In this document: positions 37,343 to 49,890 of the stretch, one piece after another | How positions within the stretch are numbered: the first letter of the stretch is position 1 | Layout of the letters: each line of letters opens with the position of its first letter | Assembly (NCBI GenBank): GCA_043228905.1 | Contig: JBHGNT010000014.1 | Span: 8,928,001-8,992,000, forward strand | Length of the DNA stretch: 64,000 nucleotides | Direction of reading: 5' to 3' | Source of the DNA: Azolla caroliniana | Taxonomy: Eukaryota; Plantae; Polypodiophyta | Translations under genes and position numbers: made by a program | Notes under the pieces: generated by a model | Databases searched by the model: none | Seen by the model: the letters and a program-made list of their open reading frames with translations, nothing else | What the model was told of the DNA's origin: nothing

Positions 37343-40300
37343 TATTATCCGTAGGAGTTGTACGGGGCGTTATAAGGGTAAAACACGTTAAAGGGGTTGT
37401 TCGGTATGTGTAATGTATATGAGTGTGAGGATGAGTGAGTATGTGTGAGCAAATGCACAATTATGTGCATGTGACAAGAATGTAACGGTCTCTTTTTGTA
37501 ATGGACATATTATTTACCGTTACATTATGTATTATATAACCCCTTATGGGGCATGTAATGAGAGATAGTTTTTTCCCCTCTCATTTTGGTGTCATTTCCT
37601 ATTTTTCTCTCTCTCTAGCTCTCTAGCTCTCTCCCTATCGTATATCGTAACCCCCTTGAATGGCTTCACCCCCCACCCCAACAACACTTTTGGCACACCG
37701 GGTGGGTGGAACGACCCCCTTAAGAAGAAATCTCTCTCCCTCTCCCTCTCCATCACTAATCTAATCTCTCCCTCTCCATCACTAATCTAATCTGTCTATC
37801 CCTCTCTCCCTCTCTCCCTCTCTGCTTGTCTCTGTGTCTCTGTGATAGAGAGTGTGCTTTGTGCATGGATTTTGAGTGTGAGAGTCAACCCGTGATGGAG
37901 ATCTCCACGTTATTCCCTTCAGAGGAAGTCTATCTCTCACTCTCCCCTTCTGTGTTTCTGCGTCTACATGTGTGTGTATCTTCAGCCTTCTTCTCTTTGT
38001 TGCTGGTGCCGTGCTGCCATCCCTCTTTCGGTCAAGTAGAAGGCCTAAAGACGGGAGAATAGAGCATGTAGAGTTACATAAGGAGGTTCCGTGTCTTATG
38101 CTCTTTCGGTTCTTCTTGGTTGCGTCTTGCCTCTGCTGAGGTCTTGTCTTCTTGCCCTAATCCACTTGCAGCCTCGTCAGTTGCAGAGGCCCGATTCGAT
38201 GGCGACAGAAGATGCACGTATGACCGCTCTCCATCATTGTTGCTCCTGACCATCAAGGAGTGCATCACATCCAGTAGATGCACTGCCTTGTCTCTGTCAA
38301 TCTCCCTGTTGTAGGCGAACGTCTGCACCTTGGACCTATAGAAGGGAAGCATCCAGTAGGCGAGAGCCACCAGGTAGAGATCAAGCAACTCCCGTGCCTC
38401 CTCCTTAGTCTCACAGACTGCATCGATCCTCACCCCTACCAGATGAAAGCGAGTGGGATCTGGTTCTTGATGAGGAGGATGTCTTCCATGATGGCTTTGA
38501 CGACATGGATGAGATGTCTGCGGATCAACCGAAATCAAATACAGAGAACAAAACAAGAGTGACATTACAACCAACTATCTAGAGGTGGATGATTGTGCAG
38601 TTGTCTGTTATGTCTTTAACAAGCAACATGATTCAACGTCACCAAGATCTAATAGACATGGTCCCTTCTACTTCTTCTTCTGTGAGCTCAGCTATGGCGG
38701 AGTCAGACATTGTAGGCATTCATGTTGATCATTTGCAAGTCGATCTGCCTATAACCGTAGTTGTGTTGCCAACAGTTGCAGTGATGGACATCACTATCAA
38801 TCACGAATTAAATCTGCTTGAGAGCAAACAACATGAGAATAATTTCTGTGCTTCTAATACCTCAGCTTCCCTGGCAAAAGTTATAGCAGGTGTCGATTCA
38901 TGCCTGAATTTCAGTGCTCCATCAGAGATAACGATGATAACGGAGGAGGCAGGTGACATAGGAAAAGCTTCTCCTTTCTTAGCAAGATCTGTGTTGCGAA
39001 GGAGCCTAGCAGAGTGTCTGCATGTAGCAGCCGATGAGGAATGGTCAGCTCTGGAAGGTGTGGCAAGAGTAAACTCGTTGCTGAATCTTCCTAGGTTTCT
39101 CTAGAGAAGACGATCGGAGATAATTAGGAGGGCCAATTGAATCGAGCAAGTCTACAGAATTGAAGAAGAAGATAGTTTCCTGAAGAGGAACAAGAAGCAA
39201 CAACAGTAGAAGACGATGGCTATGACTGATGGCGGCAAAGCCGGAGAGACATTCTGGTAGCCGGACTGAGACATCCCCAACAGAGTTGGCCGCCAAATCG
39301 CAGCTGCCAAGCTTGCCGAAGTCTGGCAAATAGCCAAAAGGACATAGATGGCCTCTGAAGCTGAGGCCAAAAGAATAGATGATGCAAAATTGGTTGTTGA
39401 GGCTGAAAAGAGAAGATGGCCGAGACCTGCCGTCGAGAGTATGGCCGAGATGCGCGGCCGAGAATACGGCCGAGACACATGAACGAGAAGATGGTCGAGA
39501 TGTGTGGTCGAGACACGTGGTTGAGAGCACAAACGAGAAGCGCGGATGAGAGTACGACCGAGATGGGCGGTCGAGACTCGTGGCCTCAGAGTACGACCAA
39601 GTGATGGCCGAAAAACGACGGCCGAGACGCGCGGCGAAGAGCATAGTCGAGACGCGAGGCCAAGAATATGGCCGAGAGTACGGCAAGACGCGCGACCGAC
39701 ATCACAGCCGAGATGCACGGCCCAAAATACGGCTGAGACGCGTGGCCGAGATGCGCAGCCCAAAATATGACTGAGACGTGCGGCCAAGAATATGGCCGAG
39801 AGTACGGCAAGACGCGCGACCAACATCACAGCCGAGATGCGCGGCCCAGAATACGGCTGAGACGCATGGCCGAGATGCACAGCCCAAAATATGACTGAGA
39901 CGTGCGGCCAAGAATACGGCCAAATCGCGCGATCGAGACGAGTGGCTGAGAGTACGGCCAAGACATGGCCGAGAAACCGAGACACAGCCGAATGATTGCC
40001 ACGAAATTGTCCAGAAACGACCAAGCGACGGTTCGGTTGCCATCGGACCGACACGATAGACAGACAAAGACAACCTATGGACTGCAACAGCCGGCCGAGA
40101 GAGCCAAACAGCCAGCGGACATAGTTGGCTGGTGGAGACGACTACCGGATAGAAGGAGAGAGGAGGCCAAGAGAAGACAAACAAGAAGAAACGAAGAGGA
40201 GGAAGAAGAAGCAGAAGAAGAGAAGAATGCACAAGAAGAAAAGAAAGAAGAAAAAGAGGATACAGAAGGAAACGAAGAAAGAGAAGAGGGGTATGAAGAG

Positions 40301-41088
40301 AAAATTTCAAAAGCTCAAGGGCATGAGATGAAATTTCAAAAGCTCAAAGGCATGACTTGAGATTTCAAAAATTGGAGGGTAGAATGTCGAATTTCAAAAA
40401 CACAAGGACCGAAAATAAAATTTCAGAAAATTTGAGGGCAAAACTTTTAGAGACCAAGGGTACAAAATACAAAGCTCAATTCACATGACGAAACCAAAAA
40501 ATACACATACATGTAACATAATCATGAAAGGCCCATGCCGCAATGGAGGAGCCAATTGGTGTGTGATCCAATTGAGCAACATGCTAACTGAATGAAAAGG
40601 TTTGAGTCAAGCAATGCTCCGATCGAAGTTATCGATCGTACAACTATGATCCGGTCGACGGATTTCCGACCGTTGAGACGACCGATGGAGTTCTGATCGT
40701 TAATAGTTGCCATGGCGAGTGGGTTCACCGTGCGATGCACTGTCCCACAAGCGTGCCATGTGTTACCCGTAGGAGTTGTACGGGGCGATATAAGGGTAAA
40801 ACACGTTAAAGGGGTTGTTCGGTATGTGTAATGTATATGAGTGTGAGGATGAGTATGTGTGAGCACATGCAGAATTATGTGCATGTGACAAGAATGTAAC
40901 GGTCTCTTTTTGTAACAAACATATTATTTACCATTACATTATGTATTATATAAACCCCTTATGGGGCATGTAATGAGACATAGTTTTTTCCCCTCTCATT
41001 TTGATGTCATTTCCTATTTGTCTCTCTCTAGCTCTCTCCCTATCGTAACCCCCTTGGGAGAATGGCTTCACCCCCCACCCCAACAACA
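37343..41088 (+). mobile_element. Complete non-autonomous LTR element with TSD AGCAC and PBS-like sites inside both LTRs
   Basis: LTRs 37343-37686 and 40761-41088. AGCAC at 37338-37342 and 41089-41093. TGGCACACCGGGTGGG at 37691 and GTCCCACAAGCGTGCCA at 40742-40758. No gag/pol motifs. Confidence 0.93.
39410..39990. repeat. GC-rich minisatellite (GGCCGAGA-based subunits, 124-bp higher-order period)
   Basis: CAAGAATA(T/C)GGCC recurs at 39661, 39785 and 39909; many GGCCGAGA(C/T)G subunits. Confidence 0.85.
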
Positions 41089-42409
41089 AGCACTGAGGCT
41101 GAGTATTGAGGCGCTACCGTCGTGACCTGTGAAGCCATTTGGCTTCGGCGGCTACTGCAAGACCTACGGATCGAAGTATCGAAAAAGTCAGAACGAGTAG
41201 CTATGGTGGTAGAGTCAAGAAGGATAGAGCCGACTAGAAGATGAAGACCAAGACCCAGACATGGTATTATGTGGTCAAGGTCGTAAATGTTGAAGATGAA
41301 TTGGAGGTAGTTGAGTCGGTTGAATAGTTTGATTCAAAAGAGCCAGATCAATTGAAGACCAAACGGATGAGAAGGCAGGGAAGTCGACACGGACAAGAGG
41401 AGCCGACGGGTCAAGAAGCATCGAAGTCACAACAACGAGGGAGCTAAGATGGGCCTTATGAGCAGACAAGCCTACTGGAAGGGTCGAGGTGCGCGGAGCC
41501 AGACGGGTTGTGGAAAGTGGGACCAAATGAGAGGAGGAGCGCGAGTAAGGCGTGCAGACGCTAGGAGGAGCCGGAGACAAGGACCGTCAGATACTGACAC
41601 CATGATCCGACCTCAAGTTGATATTGAGGGAGAGTGTTGAGAGGACAAGCTCAACATGATCCGGATCGGCTGAATAAGCCAAAGCCGGATCGTAATCTGG
41701 AACAAAGAATTGGATCAGTATCTGGAATGAAGAGCCGGATTAGCATTCGAAACCAGGAGCAGGATCGTTATCTGGATCAGTGTGAACCGATAAGCCGTTA
41801 GAGGCCTACTTTCCTAGCCTAGTAGATAGGCATATTTTTAGCAATTAGCGTCAGAGCTCAGTTATGAGCATTGAAGTACTTGTCAGTACTTTTATCAGTC
41901 CTTTTAAGGACTCGTATAAAAGTGCTCTCTGAACACATTCTATGTATAGAGTATTGAGTACTTTTTCGAAATAGATGTTATGTTCTGCTCTCTCTCTCTC
42001 TCTCACGCATACTCTATATGTTTCAAGCTTTCCATTAAATCTTCATTCTGTTTTTCTGTTGCTATTCGACAAAACCGGTTCTGTCTACAAGCTTCCGCAT
42101 GCTATTTTTACATACTTGGTTCAAGAAAAAGAACAATTTGCAATCATACATGCACTTAAGTCATAGTGACATTACTTATGTGGAATTCATGTTGTAATAG
42201 TTAGGGACCATCAATCCTTGAAATATTTTTGTGAACAAGACATCTAGGGTCTTAAGGCACAATGGGTAGATCTCATTCGCAACTTTGATTTCTCTATACA
42301 ATATTGTAAAGGACCATGAACACTCTTGCTGATGCATTTAGTGGTATTCATGATCATCCTTAGCTTCACTTGAATTAAATATGATCCATGAACATCGTTA
42401 GCTTCACTT

Positions 42410-45400
42410 TGTAAAAGAATACGTTGTGCGGAAGCGTGTGCGTAAACATAGAGTACACAGTTCGGGAGTATAAGACAGTTCGGTAAAACATAGAAAACGC
42501 AGAGATGGGTATGGAGGGGGAGAGACAGAGTGAGCAGATAACAGAAACTCAAATTCAAAAATAATGCTCTGTACTGTACATACTTCGTGCTCAATGAGCA
42601 CCTTATATACAAGCCCTGACAATCGGGCTGACACAAGTACTGATAGTACTTGAATGCTCATAAATGAGCCTCGACACTCAATCCCAAAATTATTCCTTAT
42701 GAGGAATATCTCTCTAACGGCCTTTCGGTTTACGCACCGATACGACCAAGTTGTGCGTACTAACTTACGCGTCTAGTCTACGCATTGGGTTACACGCCGT
42801 ATTACACACCCAATGTTGACCTTGTCACTCAACACTCCCCCTCAAGCTCAACTTAAGGTTCCACTTGCTCCGCCGGATCTACGCTCCGGTTCCTTCTAGC
42901 TTCACGCCTCGTTCGCGCTCCTTGACCCGTTCGATTCCGCGCGCTTCAACCCTTTCGGTCGGCTTGTCTGCTCGTTCGGCCCTTCTAAGCGCCCTTGCTG
43001 TCGCGGTGTCGGCGCGTCCTTCGCTGCCCTTTTCTCCGCATGGCCTCTAGTTGATTTGGCGTATCTGAATCGAACATTTTGATTGAATCCAACGCTTCCG
43101 ATTCAATTCCGCTCTCATTTGAATTGGCTGTCTCCAATTCGTCTCCAATCTTCTCGCCCTTGGTTGGCTTCGGCTCTTCCTTTCGACTGTTCCCCTTATG
43201 TCCGCTTTCGGAATCTTCCGTGGGTCCGCCCTCGGCTTCTTCAGCTGATCCGAAATCAGGTTTGTCATCCGACTCGGCGTTACGGTCTTCGTCTTCCGGA
43301 ACTTCTCTCCCTCTTCCATTGTCATTCGGGATGTCTCTCCCCCTCAAGTTCGGCAGGTCGAGGTGATGCAACCCAAGCGCACCCGAGAATTGCCGCAACT
43401 TGTCCAAACCAAGAGGCTTGGTGAAGATGTCGGCGTTTTGCCGATTCGTCGGAACATACTGAAGTTCGACTTCACCGAAGAGGATATGCTCAGGACAAAA
43501 TGGTAGTGCACCTCAATGTGCTTAGTCCGGGCGTGGAAGACGGGGTTCTTAGTTACCTGGATGCTGCTTAGGTTGTCGTAGTGGATCGGATACCTCCACC
43601 TGCAGATCCTTAAGTAGTCGCTTCAACCATATGGCTTCGCATGTCGTGACAGTCGATCCTCTATACTCGGCTTTGGTGCTCAACAATGCAACTGTCGGTT
43701 GCTTCTTGCTACTCCACGTGATCGCGACACTCCCAAGAGAGAACATGAAACCAGACATGGATCGGCGATCGCCGACGTTTTCGACCCAATAAGCATCGGT
43801 GTAACCGACCAACTGCGTGGCAATATCGTCCCGATATAGTGGCCCCCGGTCCTTAGTGCCACTGACGTACCGGGGTACGCATTGTGCGTACTGAAGGTGC
43901 TCCTCGGTCTGTCGCGCCATGAACTGACTGATCACCCCGACCGGGTAGCTGAGATCTGGTCGGGTGATGGTCAAGTATATAAGGCTTTTGACTATCTGTC
44001 GGAACTTCATCGGGTCGCATACCTTTCCGGAATTGGGGTGAAGCTTGACGGTTCTATCCAGAGGAGTCGAGACGGACTTACAGTCGGCCATCCCGAATTT
44101 GAAGAGCATACTCAGCACGTAATGCCGTTGGTTGATCAGTATGCCTTCGGGGGTGTAGATCACTTCGATCCCGAGGAAGTAATGAAGGTCCCCCAGATCA
44201 TTCATGTCAAATGATGCCGCAAGCTGGAGCTTCATGTGGTCTATCTCACCTAGGTCGGCGTCGGTGATGACCAAGTCATCAACATAAAGTAAAATACTAA
44301 CCGACTCGAGTCGACCTTTCCGGTGTCGCGAAAATACGATGAGGATACGTGAACTTTGAGGCAGGACCCCGGGGCCTCCGACCAAAAGATATCAGATTCG
44401 TATGATTATATTAAACAATTAATACAAAATGAGAAAGATTCACAAATTTCATTAATAAAGGGAAAGAAAGATTACAATCAATCTCAAGATTGAGATTACA
44501 AAAGTTTTATCTTAAGGAGATTGCTAGAATAATAAATTAGAAGAAACTAAGATATGGATTCCATAGAGATTTAGGGTTCTTGGCTTTGATAAGAGATTAT
44601 GGTTATATAAGTATTATGGCTTCCGTAGGGAAGATTAGGATTAGGTTATATGAGTGTTATGGCTTCCGTAGGGAAGATTAGGGTTTATGAGAGTTATGGC
44701 TTCCCTAAGATAAGGGAGTTGAGAAGGAAAAGAAAATTAATATGGAGAGAGTATGAGTGTAGGAAAAAAAATGGAAATTTATATGGAGTTCTCCCTTGAT
44801 CATCTGCATGTCCACTTTTTGTTGCATGGCCTCTACTTTTAGTTGTTTAGCTTTTTCTTTTAGTTGCATCACTTTTTCTTTTAGTTGCATGCGACCGTCC
44901 ACATGACCTTTACTTTTTGCATGCACTCCAACTTTAGTTGCTTGTGTCCACATGGCCTTTATTTTAGTTCTCTTCACTTTGCTTTAGTTTGTTGCATGAT
45001 CCAATCTTCCGTCCGTCCGCGTCCAACCTCGTTCGGTAGTCGGTTCCGCCTGATCGCCAAATCCCTCGCCGGCCTGTTCCGATTTTGCTTGCCGGCTGGT
45101 TCCGGTTCCGATTTTGCTTACCGACCGGTTTTCGGATTCCGGTTTTGCTTACCGACCGGTTCTCGGATTTGCTTACTAGCTGGTTTCCGGATTTGCTTAT
45201 CGGCCGGTTTCCGACTTTGCTTGCCGACCGGTTTCCAGTTTTGCTTGCCGGCCGGTTTCCATATTTGCTTACTGGCCAGTTTCCGAATTTGCTTACCGAC
45301 CGGTTTTAGGTTTTCATACCAGCCAATTTCCGGTTTGCATACCGGCCGATTTCCGGATTTGCTTACCAACCGGTTTCCAATTAGCTTGCCGGTCGGTTCC

Positions 45401-48400
45401 GGTTTGGTTCCCATTACCGGCCAGTTCCATTTTATTGCCAGCTGGTTTTGGGAACTTAGCCACATTCATCCGTCTAGACAAAGTGGCCAAAGTGCTCTTA
45501 ACACAAATGAAAAATGAGGGAGCTCAAGGTGTTTATATAGCCATGGCCTTAAGTTTCCTATCTATGTGGGATAGTTCTAATTTCCCTATCTTCTTAAACT
45601 TCATTTTCATATAACTTGATATGTATTTCTCCATTTTGTATATAGTAAAATACGTTTTGAAGCTCTTGAGTACATTCATCTTTCTATAGTAAGCTACTAA
45701 TCTAATCTATAATAATTATTTCATTATTATTTTTTACATAGTGTGAGAAGATTCACACGACACAGGATGAACAACGAGGAGTCTAATTTTGACGTCGGAA
45801 AGCCCATCTGACGCAATCATTGTGTGATCTTCGCATTCCAGGTACGCGGGGCTTGCTTTAGTCCGTAAAGGGACTTCTTCAATCGGCACACCACCGAAGT
45901 GTTCGTTCTGGAGTGAAATCCGGGGGGTTGTACCATGTACACCTGTTCCTCAAGCTCACCTTACAGGAACACATTCTTTACATCCATCTAATGTAAGTGC
46001 CACCCCTTTGCCATAGTGACCGCGAGCAAAACACGGATGATCGACATCTTCGCGACCGGCGCAAACGTCTCATTGTAGTCGATGCCGTGTTTCTGCGCGT
46101 AGCCTTTCGCTACTAACCGGGCCTTGTATCGGTTGACTGAGCTGTCAGTGTTGTACTTGACATTGTACACCCACCTACTAACCGGGCCTTGTATCGGTTG
46201 ACTGAGCTATCAATGTTTCACACCCTTCGGTGTGTCAAGCAGGTCCCAGGTTTCATTCTCCGACAATGCGCACATCTCTTCCTCCATTGCGGCACGCCAA
46301 TTCGCGTCCTTCGCCGCTTCCGCGTAGCTCTCCGGCTCACGCACTTCCGATACACGTGACATGTACGCATAGTGATGTGCCATGTATTCGTTGTAACCGA
46401 ACCGCACAACAGGGTTCTTCTGGCGAGTAGATCGGCGTAATTGCTCATTAGCCGATGTTGAGGTTTTCTTGGCCGACGTGGATTTCGCTCTCAAAGACCC
46501 GTTGTCACTTCCCTCGAAGTTGAACTTGCGTCGATCCGACTCGTTCCTATCCGTACCGGAATCCGACACCGTCTTCTTCCCTTTTTCTTTGCGCGTAGGT
46601 TGTCTCCTCGGCTTCTTGCGCGGGGAATGCACGGCCGAGTCTCCACTACTCACCGGCTCTTCATCATACTAATCGAACCGACTCAGTCGTCCATTCGGTC
46701 TGCTAACCTGAAACGAAATCAGACTCTCTTTGCGGGTCCCGATTTCAGGCTCATCCGGAGGCATCTCGGCCTCGCTGACCTCATCATCAAAACTCGGATT
46801 TGAGGCGAGGTCTAGACTTGGAGGCAAGTACCAGGACGCGCACTTGTTTGGTGCGAGGGTTATAACACTTATAACCCTTCTACTCGTCCGAGTAGCCGAC
46901 CAAGATACACTTCTCGGCTTTCGCGTCCAACTTCCTTCGTTTCTTCTTTGGCACGTGCACATACGCGATGCTGCCGAAAATCCTCAAGTGTGCCAAGTTC
47001 GGCTTCTTCCCGAAATACAGCTCATGTGGCGACACTCCTCCATTAGCAGAAGTCCGATTCTGTAGGTAGACAACCGTCTTCACGGCTTCGGCCCAATAGA
47101 ATTTTGGCATATGCTTTTCTTCAAGCATTGCCTTGGCCGCTTCTTGAATTGTCCGATTCTTCCGCTCGGCTACGCCGTTTTGCTCCGGCGTATATCTACA
47201 TGAGAATTCGCGTCGAATTCCCTCCTTTCATAGATAACATGTGAACTGGTCGGAGAAGTAATCCTTACCTCCATCGGACTATAGGCATTTGATCTTACGC
47301 CCCATTTCCCTTTCCACGAGGCTCTTCACCTCCAGGAAACATGCGAAAACTTTGCTCTTCTTTGCGATTGTGCATGCCCACGTGTGCCGAGTGAAATCAT
47401 CGATGAAGGTTGCAAAGTAACGGCTTCCACCGAGACTCATGTTCTGTGCCAGTCCCCACACATCCGAATGGATCAAATCGAGTGGATTACGACTCCGATT
47501 ATGCTCGTTGGGGAATAGAAGTTGGTGTTGTTTTCCCATCTAACACGCCTCGTAGACTTGGCCATTCCGGCCACGAAATTTCGGCAACCCGAAAACAATG
47601 TTCTTCGTCTGCATTTCACGAAACCGTAGGAAATTTACATGGCCGAACCGCTTGTGCCACAAGTCGATATCCGATTCGACCCTTTGTCCTTTTGTGTCCA
47701 ACGCGGTTCCGACTTGATTGGTGTCGAGGATAAACATCCTCCCTTCACGGCGCCCTTGCGAGATTACTTTGCCTACCTCTTCTATGAAGCAGCCGAGGTG
47801 CATGAATCGAATTTGCATACCTTGGTCGACGATCTGACCGATTGACACCAAGTTCTTCGTTATTGTCGGGACATGCAACACGTTCATTAGCTTCCCTTTC
47901 TGCCTGATGTGACTGAGGGGAACTTTGCCAACATGTTTGATGGTATGCGGGGTGTCATCTCCCGTTTCGACAACCCCTCGTGATTCCGGCTTCTCCAATT
48001 ACGAGAACCATTCCTTATGGCTCGTCACATGATTTGACGCTCCGGCATACCACACCTCGTTCGATTTCGATGTGTTCACGACCATTGAATTGGCTTTATA
48101 CTACATTACGAAGGCAGGGCCCACTCCATTTCCAGCTCATTCAGAGCCTTCTGCATAGTGCGATCTCTGACGCCTCTCTGCGTCTCTTCGGCTCGATCCG
48201 GCTTTGTTCGAATCGGCTTGCTTTTTCCAGCACTCGCTCTCCCTGTGGCCTTTCTTGCCACAGTTCCAGCATTCCAGCGCGGTTTTCTCTTGCCGTCTTC
48301 CGACGCCGCCATGACTCCCCCTGCTTGCGGAGGGTTCGAAATTACTTTCGGCATCTCTATTATGCCGTACATTCTGCTCTTTTAGGCTGCCTCAATTGAG

Positions 48401-49597
48401 CGCTGATCTGCCTCGTCCACCACGACCACAGGGCCTATCATCCTCCGTGTAAAGCATCTTGCCATCGGTGTGCACACTTGTCGATGCACCCGCGTGGTTT
48501 TCTTCTATGAGCAACATTGACTGAAGCTCGAAAAACGAAGGCGTAATCTCCCTCGTGCAGACCGCCGTTCGGAAAGCTCCGAACTTTGATGCCAAGCCAC
48601 CAAGACAAACCTGGACCATTTCATCTTCCTCGACGTTCATGTTGATGGAGGCGAGAGAGTCGCAGATTTCTTTGATCTTGGTGGTGTAATCAGCCACCGA
48701 CATATCTCTTTGTCGTACATTGCTGAGCTCCTGTCTGAGCTGCAGCTTTCTAGCCATTGTGCTGGCGGCGAAAATCCTTTTGAGATTTGCCCACGCGTCC
48801 TTCGGCGTCTTGGCATCCCAAATATAGCTCAAAAGCTGATCGCTCACACAGGACGCGAAGCAGTACAACACTCTCCGTGCCGCTTGTTCCCAAGCCGGAT
48901 AGTCCCAGTGTGTCGAGTTAGGTGCCACATCGTTTGCTCCTTCGACATAACTCTAGTAGCCATGGCCGAGCAGGTACTGGTGCATCTTGTAAGACCAAGA
49001 TGAGTAGTTGCTTCTGTTAAGCTTTTCAGTCGAAAGTGAGCTTCCCATTCCTCCGTCCATAGTACTGTCTTTTTCTTCTCTGAACGCGAACAACTTCAAC
49101 TCTGTTTCGTCACTAATTTTTCTTGTCGGCTGCAGAGGACTTCAACCCTCGCGCTCTGATACCATGTAAAAGAATACGTTGTGTGGAAGTGTGTGCATAA
49201 ACACAGAGTACACAGTTCAGGAGTATAAGACAGTTCGGTAAAACACAGAAAACGCAGAGATGGATATGGAGGGGGAGAGACAGAGTGAGTAGATAACAGA
49301 ATCTCAGATTCACAAATAATGCTCTGTAGTGTACATACTTCGTGCTCAGTGAGCACCTTATATACAAGCCCTGACAATCGGGCTAAAACAAGTACTGATA
49401 GTACTTGAATACTTGAATGCTCATAAATGAGCCTCGACACTCACTCCCAAAATTATTCCTTATGAGGAATATCTCTCTAACGGCTTTTCGGTTTATACAC
49501 TGATACTGTCAAGTTGTGCGTACTAACTTACATGTCCAGTCTATGCCCTAGGTTACATGCCGTATTATGCACCCAATGTTGAGCTTGTCACCCAACA
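42410..49597 (-). mobile_element. Full-length (decayed) Ty1/copia element, TSD CACTT
   Basis: LTRs 42410-42834 and 49165-49597; PBS TGGTATCAGAGC 49153-49164; PPT 42835-42845; CACTT at 42405-42409 and 49598-49602; gag, PR, INT (DLIHSDVWG), RT ([15 protein letters not shown]), RH. Confidence 0.95.
44324..45762 (-). mobile_element. 1.44-kb solo LTR inserted in copia RT, apparent 4-bp TSD CCGG/CAGG, internal minisatellites
   Basis: TGTCGCG...CACGACA termini; removal restores DSSLFIRKG. ~22-bp CCGGTTTCCGGATTTGCTTA repeats at 45070-45440. Terminus resembles the end of LTR 62497-63394. Confidence 0.85.
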
Positions 49598-49890
49598 CAC
49601 TTGAATTAAATCTGATTTGTATGAGCACCTTGAGGAAAAGTACATTGTTGACATTTTCTTCAATCAATTCTATGTTAGAGTGGAATAGATGTGATAAACT
49701 CTAAATATTAAAGAGAAACCTTCCACATTGCAAATGATTTGATCTACCGTAACTGAAAGGTTTATATCCCCAATTTGCTTGAGGTAGAAAAGAAAATCCT
49801 TTTCAATTGTCATGAAACACCATTAGAAAGGCCTCGCTGGATACATGATATGCTTGTTCTTATTTCTACTCAATTTTTTGGTATAAAATG

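Larger units (their letters stand above)
36661..42112 (+). mobile_element. 3' half of a Ty1/copia element (RT-RH, PPT, 3' LTR 41635-42112), split by 37343-41088
   Basis: FEMKDLGDLHYFLGI, FRQIVGSLIYLT, ...PSST|EAEY across the insertion, PPT GAGGGAGAG, LTR TGTTGAG...TTTTACA. Confidence 0.88.
42113..49890 (+). pseudogene. Highly decayed gypsy RH/INT remnant (42113-42409 + 49598-49890) hosting the copia insertion
   Basis: VQEKEQFAIIHALKS..DHQSLKY..RWVDLI (RNaseH) on the left; integrase-Zn-like HETP.. on the right. Confidence 0.6.

Noticed and set aside
39045-40360. 200-310 aa ORFs
   Set aside because: They arise from a GC-rich minisatellite and a GAA tract that lack stop codons.
44885-45517. 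210-aa repetitive ORF (GFRFCLP repeats)
   Set aside because: Translation of a ~22-bp minisatellite within a solo LTR.
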